From: an uncultured Gammaproteobacteria bacterium
GTDB taxonomy: Bacteria > Patescibacteriota > Microgenomatia > UBA8517
Direction: 5' to 3'
Length of the DNA stretch: 43,054 bases
Assembly: GCA_964583685.1 (NCBI GenBank)
Contig: CAZOVJ010000002.1
Location: 1 to 43,054 of the forward strand
In this document: positions 7,357-15,720 of the stretch, in pieces
Layout of the letters: each line of letters begins with the position of its first letter
Numbering within the stretch: the first letter of the stretch is position 1
The notes under the pieces: generated by a model
Told to the model about the DNA's origin: nothing
Seen by the model: the letters and a program-made list of their open reading frames with translations, nothing else
The model's database searches: none
Translations under genes and position numbers: made by a program

Positions 7357-9151
7357 CGGAAAGCTAAATTTTAAAAGAATTAAAAAAGTACTCGTTAGCA
7401 AGACAAACGGCGGGAAAAACGGTCCTTTTAAGAGGGTTCGGAAGTTTGAATTTGGAGAGCAGGATTTGATCGACCTTATCTCCTACTCGGGCATTAAAGA
7501 ACGTCCCAACTACATAAGGATGGGTAATAAGTACATACGAACGCTTTTTATCTCGGGCTATCCTTATGTAGCTTCAACCGGGTGGCTTAATATGCTTATC
7601 AACTTTAACCACAACGTCGATATTTCCTACCATATAGAACAAATTGACCCTCTTTTAGCCCTTCCCAAACTAAACAGGAAAATAACCGAGCTTGAGTCAA
7701 CCAGGCGCAGTATGCAACAGCAGGGCAAGATAATAGGTTCTGAACTCACCGACCCTTTAAAGTCGGCTGTAGAACTTAAGGAGGCTATTTTAAGGGGCCA
7801 GGAGAAGCTTTTCCAGATATCAATTTACATAGCCGCGATTGCAGATACTCTCATTGAGCTTGACAAGATAACCACTCTTTTAGAAACGACACTGGCTACA
7901 AAACTTTTTTATACAAAAACGGCCAGCTTTCAGCAACTTGAAGGCCTTCAGTCGGTCCTCCCGAGAGGAGAAAACCTGCTTTCGCAAAAAAGAAACCTTG
8001 ACAGCTCATCTGCCTCTTTGACTTTTCCTTTCATTTCAAGCGAGTTTGTCCAGGAGTCCGGAATTCTCTACGGGATTAACAAGTCAAATAACTCCCTTGT
8101 CATGATTGACAGATTTTCCCTGAACAACGCAAACAGCATTACCTTTGCCCAATCGGGAAGTGGCAAAAGCTACGCCGCAAAGGTGGAAATTCTAAGACAG
8201 CTCATGCAAAAGACAAAAGTAATCGTCATTGACCCGGAAAGAGAATACAAGCAGCTGACCGATTCTTTGAAAGGAACCTACATCAAGCTTTCGGCAAGGT
8301 CCAAAGAAAAGATAAACCCCTTTGATTTTTCTGTCGGCTTCCATGGAGACGGAAATCTGGCGGAACACATCCAGGACTTAACCGAGATAATCTTCCTGAT
8401 GGTCGATGGTTTAACGGCCCAGGAAAAAGCCGTAATTGATAAAGCAATTATTGCAACCTACAAAAAACACGGCTGGTCGATAAAAGGTAAAAACACCCGT
8501 AGCAAAGGAAAAACCTTCCCTCTTTTAAAAGACCTTTATAAAAATCTTCGTTCGACAAGGCACAAAAAGCTTTACACCAGAATGGAGAAATTCATCAAAG
8601 GCTCGCTGTCAAGCGTTTTTGACAGCCCGACAAACATCAAGCTTGACAACCGGCTGGTTGTTTTTGACATCAAAGACCTGCCCGAATCAATCAGACAGAT
8701 AATGATGGTAATTATTGCCAATTATGTCTATAACCAGGTTAAAAAAGAACCCCAAAAAAGGCTTCTTGTAATTGACGAGGCCTGGATGCTTTTGGAGCAC
8801 GAAGAAAGCGCAAGGTTTATTGCCGGCCTGACAAGAAGAGCAAGAAAATATTACCTGGGAGTAAGCATCATTTCACAACAGGCCAACGACTTTTTAAACA
8901 ACGAATACGGAAAAGCCATTGCCTCCCAAGCATCACTTAGGCTTTTAATGCGCCAAGATACGACAACCATTAATGAAGTAGTCGAGCAGTTTAAGTTAAG
9001 TGAATACGAGCATAAATATCTTTTGACCTGCGACAAGGGAGAGGCTTTGATTATCGCCGATTCAAACCACGTTGCTTTGAAAATAGTTGCGTCCAAAAAA
9101 GAGCACCCACTGATAACTACTCACCCTGCCGAAATATATCCAACCCCATGA
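7349..9151 (+). CDS. virB4: VirB4/TraC/PrgJ-family T4SS ATPase (central and ATPase domains)
   Basis: Walker A SGSGKSY and Walker B LLVIDEAW. The RTLFISGYP...GWL motif is typical of the VirB4 middle domain. Confidence 0.85.
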   Translation: MFNGKLNFKRIKKVLVSKTNGGKNGPFKRVRKFEFGEQDLIDLISYSGIKERPNYIRMGNKYIRTLFISGYPYVASTGWLNMLINFNHNVDISYHIEQIDPLLALPKLNRKITELESTRRSMQQQGKIIGSELTDPLKSAVELKEAILRGQEKLFQISIYIAAIADTLIELDKITTLLETTLATKLFYTKTASFQQLEGLQSVLPRGENLLSQKRNLDSSSASLTFPFISSEFVQESGILYGINKSNNSLVMIDRFSLNNANSITFAQSGSGKSYAAKVEILRQLMQKTKVIVIDPEREYKQLTDSLKGTYIKLSARSKEKINPFDFSVGFHGDGNLAEHIQDLTEIIFLMVDGLTAQEKAVIDKAIIATYKKHGWSIKGKNTRSKGKTFPLLKDLYKNLRSTRHKKLYTRMEKFIKGSLSSVFDSPTNIKLDNRLVVFDIKDLPESIRQIMMVIIANYVYNQVKKEPQKRLLVIDEAWMLLEHEESARFIAGLTRRARKYYLGVSIISQQANDFLNNEYGKAIASQASLRLLMRQDTTTINEVVEQFKLSEYEHKYLLTCDKGEALIIADSNHVALKIVASKKEHPLITTHPAEIYPTP

Positions 9152-9759
9152 CCCCCCAGCTTCTCCTTGCACTTTTTTCTTTCAGAAAAGAAATAACTTA
9201 CGTATTGACAGCCTTTTTGCTGGTCATACTTTTGCCAATAATCGCCGTAATTGTCATAACCAGAGTCGGAATTGATGTGGTATCGGACAGGCTGGTTGAG
9301 TATGATAGCGTTACCGGATCGGTTTTAATTAAAAATCCAAAAGACGGTTCTGTTTATAAGGAAATAAAAGGAACCTTTGTTTGGCCGGTTAAAGGAGTAA
9401 TTACTTTAGAATTCGGTGAATCAAGCATTTTCCAGCCATTTCATACCGGGATTGATATAGCAAACCCAGAAGGTAAAAAAGGGGATCCGATTACTCCGTT
9501 TATGCCAGGCAAGGTTATCTATGCTGGACGGATTTTCTGGGGATTCGGCAAACATGTAATAGTCGACCATGGAGATAACCTGACCTCAATTTATGCGCAT
9601 CTGGATACAATAAATGTCGAAAAGGGCCAAGACGTTAAGCCTGGAAACGTAATCGGAACAGAAGGCCGTACAGGTTGGGCAACAGGACCCCATCTTCACT
9701 TTCAAATAAATGTCTTTGGAATACCCGTAAACCCGAGGGTGTTCTTAGGAAGTTCCTGA
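9148..9759 (+). CDS. Membrane-anchored M23/LytM peptidase (candidate T4SS cell-wall hydrolase)
   Basis: An N-terminal TM helix, then the HTGIDIA and HLHFQI zinc-ligand motifs. Confidence 0.85.
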   Translation: MTPQLLLALFSFRKEITYVLTAFLLVILLPIIAVIVITRVGIDVVSDRLVEYDSVTGSVLIKNPKDGSVYKEIKGTFVWPVKGVITLEFGESSIFQPFHTGIDIANPEGKKGDPITPFMPGKVIYAGRIFWGFGKHVIVDHGDNLTSIYAHLDTINVEKGQDVKPGNVIGTEGRTGWATGPHLHFQINVFGIPVNPRVFLGSS

Positions 9760-10091
9760 CAAAGTTTACCATAACTCCCAAACCAGCCTTAGCTAATATA
9801 ATGTCATCGGAGATTTTTTCCATTATGAAAAGGTTATTAATTGGTTAATTTCGCAGACTCTGGGCATCTTGTTAGGGTTTTTCGGACTATTAGCAACTGG
9901 TTATGTTAATGAGCTTTTTACTAAAAGAGCCGAAGATAGAAAAGCAAAGAGGGATTTACTTGAAGAGTTTGGGGACATTCTTATAGAAGCCGAAAAAGTG
10001 GTTGGCGCACCACCAAGGCTTAGGTGTTGGGGATGGCGAAGACGAAGACGTTGAGGTAGATCAATTACACCTTGAAGGTATGAAATAATAA

Positions 10092-10394
10092 TCAATAGGT
10101 TGGTTCAACCGGGCCATCTTTAACAATATTTCTTCCGTTAACCGGCACCTTGAGCACCCAACCAAGAGTGTTGGCAACTGAAACACCAACTCGAAGACCG
10201 GTAAAAGAACCAGGCCCCCTATTAACTTCTATTTCCGAAATCTCCTCTATTTTCATTCCTTGCTTTTTCAACAGCTCATCAATAAAAGAAAGCAGCTTTT
10301 GAGATTTTTCCTCCCTGGCGTCGGTTTTAAATCTTTCTTCATCAATGCCAACAATTACTTTCTCAGAATTAGAGGTGTCGATATATAATTTCAT
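10092..10394 (-). CDS. tsaB: TsaB-like protein, N-terminal half only
   Basis: IDTS...NRGPGSFTGLRVGVSVANTLG is the YeaZ/TsaB N-terminal subdomain. The ORF is 100 aa, against roughly 200-230 aa in the versions I recall. Confidence 0.7.
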   Translation of the reverse strand: MKLYIDTSNSEKVIVGIDEERFKTDAREEKSQKLLSFIDELLKKQGMKIEEISEIEVNRGPGSFTGLRVGVSVANTLGWVLKVPVNGRNIVKDGPVEPTY

Positions 10395-10399
10395 ATTAT

Positions 10400-11383
10400 T
10401 TAGTCCTGGTATCCCCTAGGATGTTTTTTGTGCCATTTATGAGCTGTTTCTATAATCTCCTTTAATCCATATTTCGGCTCCCAACCCAAATCTTTAGTGA
10501 TTTTATCTATTGAAGCATAAAGGGTATCTGCATCGCCTGGTCTTCGAGGACCGATTTTGATTTTAAAATCGCGACCACTAATCTCTTTAATTAATTGAAC
10601 TACCTCTTTATTAGAGTAGCCCTTACCTGCTCCGGCATTATAAAAATCAGAACTTGCACCCTTAATTAATGCCTCAAGTGCCAAAGTATGCGAACTAGCT
10701 AAATCCAAAACATGAACATAATCCCTGACACAAGTCCCATCAGGAGTTTGATAATCATCTCCAAAAAGGGTAAATTCTTTATCTTCAAGGGCTGCTTTCA
10801 TGGCCAAAGGAATGAGATGGCTCTCATGAGGATGGTCTTCGCCAATGGAACCGTCCAGGGCCGCACCGGCAGCATTAAAATATCTGATACTGATAAATTT
10901 AAGGTCATGGGCCTTATCAGACCAAGAAAGTATTTTTTCAATCATCAATTTTGTTTCTCCATAAGGATTGAGTGGATTCTTGGGAGCATTTTCTTTAATT
11001 GGAAACCTGTGAGGATTACCATAAACCCCGGCTGAAGAAGAGAAGACCATCCTCAAAACCCTATATTTAAGCATTACTTGCAATAAATTTAGAGTTCCAA
11101 CCAGATTATTCTCAAAATATTTAAGAGGCTTTTGAAAAGATTCTCCCATTTGAATAAAACTGGCCATATGGATAACTCCCCCAAACTTCTCTTTTTCAAA
11201 AACTTTCTCTAATTTATCTTTGTCTCTCACCAAATCGAGTTTGAGAAGTTTAAATCCTTTAACTGCTTCTTTATGACCTTGAGATAAATTGTCAACAATA
11301 ACTGGCTTAAATCCATCCCTTCTCAACTGCCTAACAATAAAACTACCAATGTATCCAGCTCCGCCGGTAACAAGAATTTTCAT
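10400..11383 (-). CDS. galE: UDP-glucose 4-epimerase
   Basis: GGAGYIGS Rossmann motif and YGETK (YxxxK). Full-length similarity to GalE. Confidence 0.85.
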   Translation of the reverse strand: MKILVTGGAGYIGSFIVRQLRRDGFKPVIVDNLSQGHKEAVKGFKLLKLDLVRDKDKLEKVFEKEKFGGVIHMASFIQMGESFQKPLKYFENNLVGTLNLLQVMLKYRVLRMVFSSSAGVYGNPHRFPIKENAPKNPLNPYGETKLMIEKILSWSDKAHDLKFISIRYFNAAGAALDGSIGEDHPHESHLIPLAMKAALEDKEFTLFGDDYQTPDGTCVRDYVHVLDLASSHTLALEALIKGASSDFYNAGAGKGYSNKEVVQLIKEISGRDFKIKIGPRRPGDADTLYASIDKITKDLGWEPKYGLKEIIETAHKWHKKHPRGYQD

Positions 11384-11865
11384 ATAAATTTAAATTGCCT
11401 AATACTTATTTTGCGCTTGTTATTTCCGAGATTCTTGAACTTCAGCCAAATTGTATTCTTGGGCAGAATATTTTTAATTTTTTCCGCCCATTCAATGGCC
11501 AGGAGATTCTCCTTTTTTGACCAAATCTCATCAATCCCCAAGTTTTTAATTTCCAAGGCAAGATTCTTTTCCAATCTATACAAATCTAGGTGGAAGAAGC
11601 TGGTGAACAGTGAACGGTGAACAGTGGACCGTGGAATTTGGTATCCCCTCAACAGGATAAAACTTGGAGAGATAACCCTTTTCCTTATTCCCAATCCCTG
11701 AGCCAACCCTTGAATAAAGGTTGTCTTGCCGCTTCCCAAATCGCCGGTCAAAGCCAGGATAAGTCCTTGTCTTTTTCCTCTATACTTCGCTTTACTAGTT
11801 AGAACAATTGCAAATTTTTTGCCCAGCTCTTTAGTTTCTTTGGCGCTTTTGGTAACAATTTCCAT
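11380..11865 (-). CDS. tsaE: tRNA t6A ATPase TsaE
   Basis: GDLGSGKTTF P-loop, SPSF and HLDLYRL motifs. Confidence 0.85.
   Translation of the reverse strand: MEIVTKSAKETKELGKKFAIVLTSKAKYRGKRQGLILALTGDLGSGKTTFIQGLAQGLGIRKRVISPSFILLRGYQIPRSTVHRSLFTSFFHLDLYRLEKNLALEIKNLGIDEIWSKKENLLAIEWAEKIKNILPKNTIWLKFKNLGNNKRKISIRQFKFI
11603..11637. repeat. Heptanucleotide tract GTGAACA GTGAACG GTGAACA GTGGACC GTGGAAT inside tsaE
   Basis: Read directly. It coincides with an extra loop (PRSTVHRSLFTS) relative to E. coli TsaE as I recall it. Confidence 0.8.
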
Positions 11866-12239
11866 AAAATATAAATTGCCAGGATAGCCCCAATTGTATC
11901 AAAACCAACATCACGAATTCGAGATTCTCTTCCCGGAGTAAAGGATTGGTGAAATTCATCCGTCATACCGTATAGGACGGCTATCAAAATTGAAAAAAGG
12001 CCAGCCCTTTCTTTATCCACCCCTCCTTCCTTTAAGGCCCGATATAAAAGTACGGCAAAGATTCCATATTCAACAACATGGGCAGTTTTCTTAATAATAA
12101 AATCCTGCCAATAGATTTCTATATTTCGAGTAGTAGGTAATGAAGAAAACAAAAAGATTACCATTGCCCAGATAATCGGAGGGGTCCAAAATCTAATTAT
12201 TTGTTTGGTCTTCTGAATCGACAGGAATCTCTTCATCAC
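11799..12239 (-). CDS. VanZ-family membrane protein
   Basis: KTAHVVEYGIFAVLL and DEFHQSFTPGR...DV..D motifs with 4 TM helices. Confidence 0.7.
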   Translation of the reverse strand: MMKRFLSIQKTKQIIRFWTPPIIWAMVIFLFSSLPTTRNIEIYWQDFIIKKTAHVVEYGIFAVLLYRALKEGGVDKERAGLFSILIAVLYGMTDEFHQSFTPGRESRIRDVGFDTIGAILAIYILWKLLPKAPKKLKSWAKNLQLF

Positions 12240-12384
12240 CTTTATTATATCTTTTAAACTTGTTTTTGAGAAAAGGAAAAGCGGCTATTGCCAAAAACAC
12301 AACTAAAAATAAAAAGAATAAAAAATACAGGGAGGAAAGTATACTCAAACTGCATTTTGGGCAGTCATGAAATTCAATAAAAAC

Positions 12385-13563
12385 TTAATAAAAACTAATA
12401 AGACGCAGGGTTTTAATATCAGAAAGACTATATTTATCACTTAGAGGTCGATTATTTCCGTTCTCCATAAAGGGATCGTGCATTATATAATTGTCTCCGC
12501 TTTTCTCTTTAATAACAATGAAATGTCCAGGCCCCGAATAAAGACCAGCTATTACTGGTCTACCTGCATCAAGTTCGCCATCAAGCAAAGAGGCTGAAAC
12601 ATGATTTTTTCTAACATTTATTCCATTAACAACAAAAGAATCTGAAAGGTAGGCCGTATTCCCAAAAAAGGCACTTGGATTCGATGCTATATCCAATGGC
12701 TTAATATTTATTCCATAATGTGAGGCTATCATTGCAACCGATGAGACCAAACAACCATATTCTGCCATAGGCAAGCCACTTAATCCCATTGATTGATTTC
12801 CCCATAGAGAATCACGCTGGTTATAATAACAACCCCAGTCATCACATACTGTCTGATTATGCAAAATGGAAGCTCCACCCTGCCCAGTAATAAATCTTAA
12901 GAACGCTTCCTTTTGAGCAATCGCTTGGGCAAGTAAAGATTGATATCTTTTCTCATCATTCTTGGTAACCGTTAAGAGATTGGCTTTGGCTGTTTTTTGG
13001 ACACCGAGAACTTTTTTCTGGTCTTCCAGCTCTTCTTGGAGCTCCTCCTGGTCTGTTTTCTCTTCCTTATAAGTGCTCTGAGCCTCCTGTAAGCGGGCCA
13101 GTAAATCTCGGTCTGCTTCCTGAATCCGCTGCAAATAATGATAGCGTGAGAATAGTTCTGCCAAATCGCGGACTGAAACCAAGAGGAACATTGGGTCTTC
13201 AATCCGAGACATTTTATAGGTCTCGACCGCTCTTGAAGAAAAGGCATTAGAAAGTGCATCCAGGGAAATTGTCAATTGGTCAATCCGGCCGCCTAAAAGA
13301 AGGATTTTGCTTTCTGTCTGAAAAATTTTTAATTCTGCCAGCCGAATTTGGGCATTAAACTGAGCAATCTGGTTGGCCAAAGTATTCGCTTGAGATTGCA
13401 ATCTGCTAATCTCTTGTTGATATTCTTCAATCTCCTGATTAAGTCGAACTAATTCGGCGGGCAGGTCTTCTGCCTTTATTTGAAGATTTCCAATCCCGAA
13501 TAGTAAAAGGGGAAAAATTAAGATTGATAAAACAGGCCAAAGTTTTGCATTTTTTCTACTCAT
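12385..13563 (-). CDS. Secreted coiled-coil protein with a C-terminal papain-like (peptidase C39-like/CHAP-like) domain. Candidate FtsEX-controlled cell-wall hydrolase
   Basis: Signal/anchor sequence, then about 200 aa of heptad-rich coiled coil. The C-terminal domain has Cys (EYGCLVSSVAMIASHYG), His (GPGHFIVI) and Asp (HDP). Its start overlaps the ftsX stop. Confidence 0.65.
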   Translation of the reverse strand: MSRKNAKLWPVLSILIFPLLLFGIGNLQIKAEDLPAELVRLNQEIEEYQQEISRLQSQANTLANQIAQFNAQIRLAELKIFQTESKILLLGGRIDQLTISLDALSNAFSSRAVETYKMSRIEDPMFLLVSVRDLAELFSRYHYLQRIQEADRDLLARLQEAQSTYKEEKTDQEELQEELEDQKKVLGVQKTAKANLLTVTKNDEKRYQSLLAQAIAQKEAFLRFITGQGGASILHNQTVCDDWGCYYNQRDSLWGNQSMGLSGLPMAEYGCLVSSVAMIASHYGINIKPLDIASNPSAFFGNTAYLSDSFVVNGINVRKNHVSASLLDGELDAGRPVIAGLYSGPGHFIVIKEKSGDNYIMHDPFMENGNNRPLSDKYSLSDIKTLRLISFY

Positions 13564-14474
13564 TTTTTAGCCCGCGCCCGTGATACGGCCAGCAAACTCC
13601 CTCCAAGGGCAATTAAAATTCCAATCAAAAATTCACCAAACAAGATTACTAACAATAATCCAAAGAAGAAAAGGGGAGTCTTGGGAAGAACGGGAATTTC
13701 ACCAAAATAAGCAATGATTGCCGGCGTTGAATACAAAACAAGAATAAGGGCTAGCAACCAACCCACGATTACTCCTAAAAAGGCATAGCTTATTGCCTCA
13801 AGGACAATAGGTGCCCTGATAAATGCTGTTGTTGCCCCAATTAAGTCCAGGCTTTCAATCTCCGAGCGTCGAGTTGCAATTCTTAAACTGATAACCACCA
13901 AAAGGACTAAAAATGAAGTTATTCCCAAAACCGAAAAGATCACTAGCCCGCCAATTCGAATGTAAAAAGTTATGCTCTTTAAGCGCTCAAGAACATCGCC
14001 TAAATTTGCCTCACTTCCCAAACTGGCAGTAAAACCAACACTATCAACAACTCCTTCTTTTTTAACTTCATCGATAACCTCATTTGCGTACTGGAGATCA
14101 GAAACCGAAAATTCAAGACTGGCTGGAAAAATAGAAGGGCTGACAAGTTCACCTAAAAGAGGATTGTCAGCTGTGGCACTTTTATAAATTTCAAGAGCTT
14201 CCTCTTTGGAAACATAATGGAGATTCTTGATGCGAATATCAGCATTTAATTTTTTTTGAAGAGCATCTATTGCCTCAGGTGTTGCCTCATCTTTCAAAAA
14301 AGCGATAACCTGTGGCCTGGTTTCAAAATAAGTCAAAACTTTGTTTGATGAATAAACAAAAATTGCCAAAATCGTGGCCACGAAAAAGGTTAATCCCAAG
14401 ACGCTCACTGCGGCCAGGGCCTGAAAAGGAGCCCGTCTTATATAATTAAAGGCTGTTTTAAAATGAATGTTCAT
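13560..14474 (-). CDS. ftsX: Cell division permease FtsX
   Basis: An N-terminal TM helix, an extracellular loop domain and 3 C-terminal TM helices. Overlaps the ftsE stop. Confidence 0.85.
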   Translation of the reverse strand: MNIHFKTAFNYIRRAPFQALAAVSVLGLTFFVATILAIFVYSSNKVLTYFETRPQVIAFLKDEATPEAIDALQKKLNADIRIKNLHYVSKEEALEIYKSATADNPLLGELVSPSIFPASLEFSVSDLQYANEVIDEVKKEGVVDSVGFTASLGSEANLGDVLERLKSITFYIRIGGLVIFSVLGITSFLVLLVVISLRIATRRSEIESLDLIGATTAFIRAPIVLEAISYAFLGVIVGWLLALILVLYSTPAIIAYFGEIPVLPKTPLFFFGLLLVILFGEFLIGILIALGGSLLAVSRARAKK

Positions 14475-15121
14475 TTAATAATCCTTCCCTCTTTTAATTC
14501 AATCACCCGCTTCTTGAGCTTACTTATTATAACCTTATGGTGTGAGGCGACAATAATAGTTTTCCCTTTCTTATTCGCTTTAAGCAAAAGGTTGACAATT
14601 GACTCAGCTGTTTCCCAATCCAGATTTCCAGTTGGTTCATCAGCAAAAATCACCTGAGGATTAACCACTAAAGCTCGAGCCAGACAAGTCCTCTGGATCT
14701 CACCGCCTGAAAGTTGGCTAGGAAAGAGATCTCCTTTATCAAAAAGCCCAACCAGTTTGAGAACGTCGTCAACTCTTTCTTCCCACTCTTCTTTTTTTAT
14801 ACCCTTGACAGCCAAAGCCACCTGAATGTTCTCCCTGACTGTTCGCTCGGGAAGCAACCTAAAATCCTGAAAAACTATACCAATTTTCTGCCTTAGAAGG
14901 GCAATCTCTTTCTTCTTGAGTTGGGAGCTTGCTTGTCCATCAAAAATGACTTCACCCGAAGTTGGTAGTACCTCTCGTAAAAGAAGCTTTAGTATTGTTG
15001 TTTTCCCAGACCCGGATGGGCCCATGATAAAGACAAATTCTCCTTTTTCAATTTTGAAGGATATATTCTGAAGGGCCTTGATACTGCCGAAACTTTTGCT
15101 GACCTTTTTGAATTCTATCAT
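14471..15121 (-). CDS. ftsE: Cell division ATP-binding protein FtsE
   Basis: Walker A GPSGSGKTT, ABC signature LSGGE and Walker B VIFADEPTG. Confidence 0.9.
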   Translation of the reverse strand: MIEFKKVSKSFGSIKALQNISFKIEKGEFVFIMGPSGSGKTTILKLLLREVLPTSGEVIFDGQASSQLKKKEIALLRQKIGIVFQDFRLLPERTVRENIQVALAVKGIKKEEWEERVDDVLKLVGLFDKGDLFPSQLSGGEIQRTCLARALVVNPQVIFADEPTGNLDWETAESIVNLLLKANKKGKTIIVASHHKVIISKLKKRVIELKEGRIIK

Positions 15122-15140
15122 CGCTATTAAGCATGAGTAT

Positions 15141-15701
15141 TTATTCCCCTATAATCTTCACTCTGCCGACATCCATCAGCCAGCCGGCTGTTCTACCAGC
15201 AATAGTCTCCCCCCAAACCTGAATTTTCTTTCCCTTAAAGGAATCTAAATCAATAACCGTTGAAGTCAAATAGACGTATTGAGACTCACCACCTTCGCGA
15301 ACAAGATGGTGAGTTCCTTCTCCCTCAATTCCCCCTTCTTCTAGAACACCTTCAGCAGAATCTCTGAAAGTTGATTCATCAGCCAGCCCAACTTCCTTTG
15401 TACTGGTTTTTACCCCGGGAGCGGCTATGCCTCCTGGGCTGATACCTAATTTCTTCCCTTGCTTTCTTGATAACAACCAGCCTGTTCCAACCCCAGCTAA
15501 AACGAGCAAAACGACCATCACAACCAAAGCAGGCTTACCTGTTATTTTTGTACCAGGTTTTGGGAACTTTTTGAGAATCTCTTGGGCCTGACCTTGTTTT
15601 TTTATCTCTGGAGCCTGTTCTTGCTCCAAAACTGCATCTTTTGATTGCTGACTCTGTTGCATCTGAACTTTTTGGGCCGGAACCTGAACAACCTTTTCCA
15701 T
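15141..15701 (-). CDS. Hypothetical membrane-anchored protein (Gln-rich N-terminus, single TM helix)
   Basis: 186-aa ORF with the TM segment ALVVMVVLLVLAGVGTGWLL. No family recognised. Confidence 0.45.
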   Translation of the reverse strand: MEKVVQVPAQKVQMQQSQQSKDAVLEQEQAPEIKKQGQAQEILKKFPKPGTKITGKPALVVMVVLLVLAGVGTGWLLSRKQGKKLGISPGGIAAPGVKTSTKEVGLADESTFRDSAEGVLEEGGIEGEGTHHLVREGGESQYVYLTSTVIDLDSFKGKKIQVWGETIAGRTAGWLMDVGRVKIIGE

Positions 15702-15720
15702 ACAAATTAATATAACAGAG

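Larger units (their letters stand above)
708..9857 (+). mobile_element. Putative integrated mobile-element-like region (regulators, serine recombinase, T4SS-like operon). Boundaries uncertain
   Basis: All genes are co-oriented on the plus strand, opposite to the minus-strand housekeeping block that follows. Contents: a large serine recombinase, a tRNA 3'-fragment at 4480-4502, a T4SS gene set and DUF5659/RHH small proteins typical of mobile DNA. Confidence 0.4.

Noticed and set aside
9869-10095. ORFs 9869-10054 (+) and 9901-10095 (-) in the gap after the T4SS block; I also tested 9990-10060 as a possible minus-strand tRNA
   Set aside because: TTG start, no RBS and a poly-Arg tail (WGWRRRRR). 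The two ORFs shadow each other. The tRNA idea fails because there is no T-loop or cloverleaf.
10712-11035. 107-aa plus-strand ORF inside galE
   Set aside because: It is antisense to a full-length, motif-complete GalE.
12190-12352. Possible small TM ORF of about 50 aa (TTG start) upstream of and overlapping the VanZ gene
   Set aside because: No RBS, a non-ATG start, and overlap with the VanZ start region. Hydrophobicity could simply reflect T-rich DNA.
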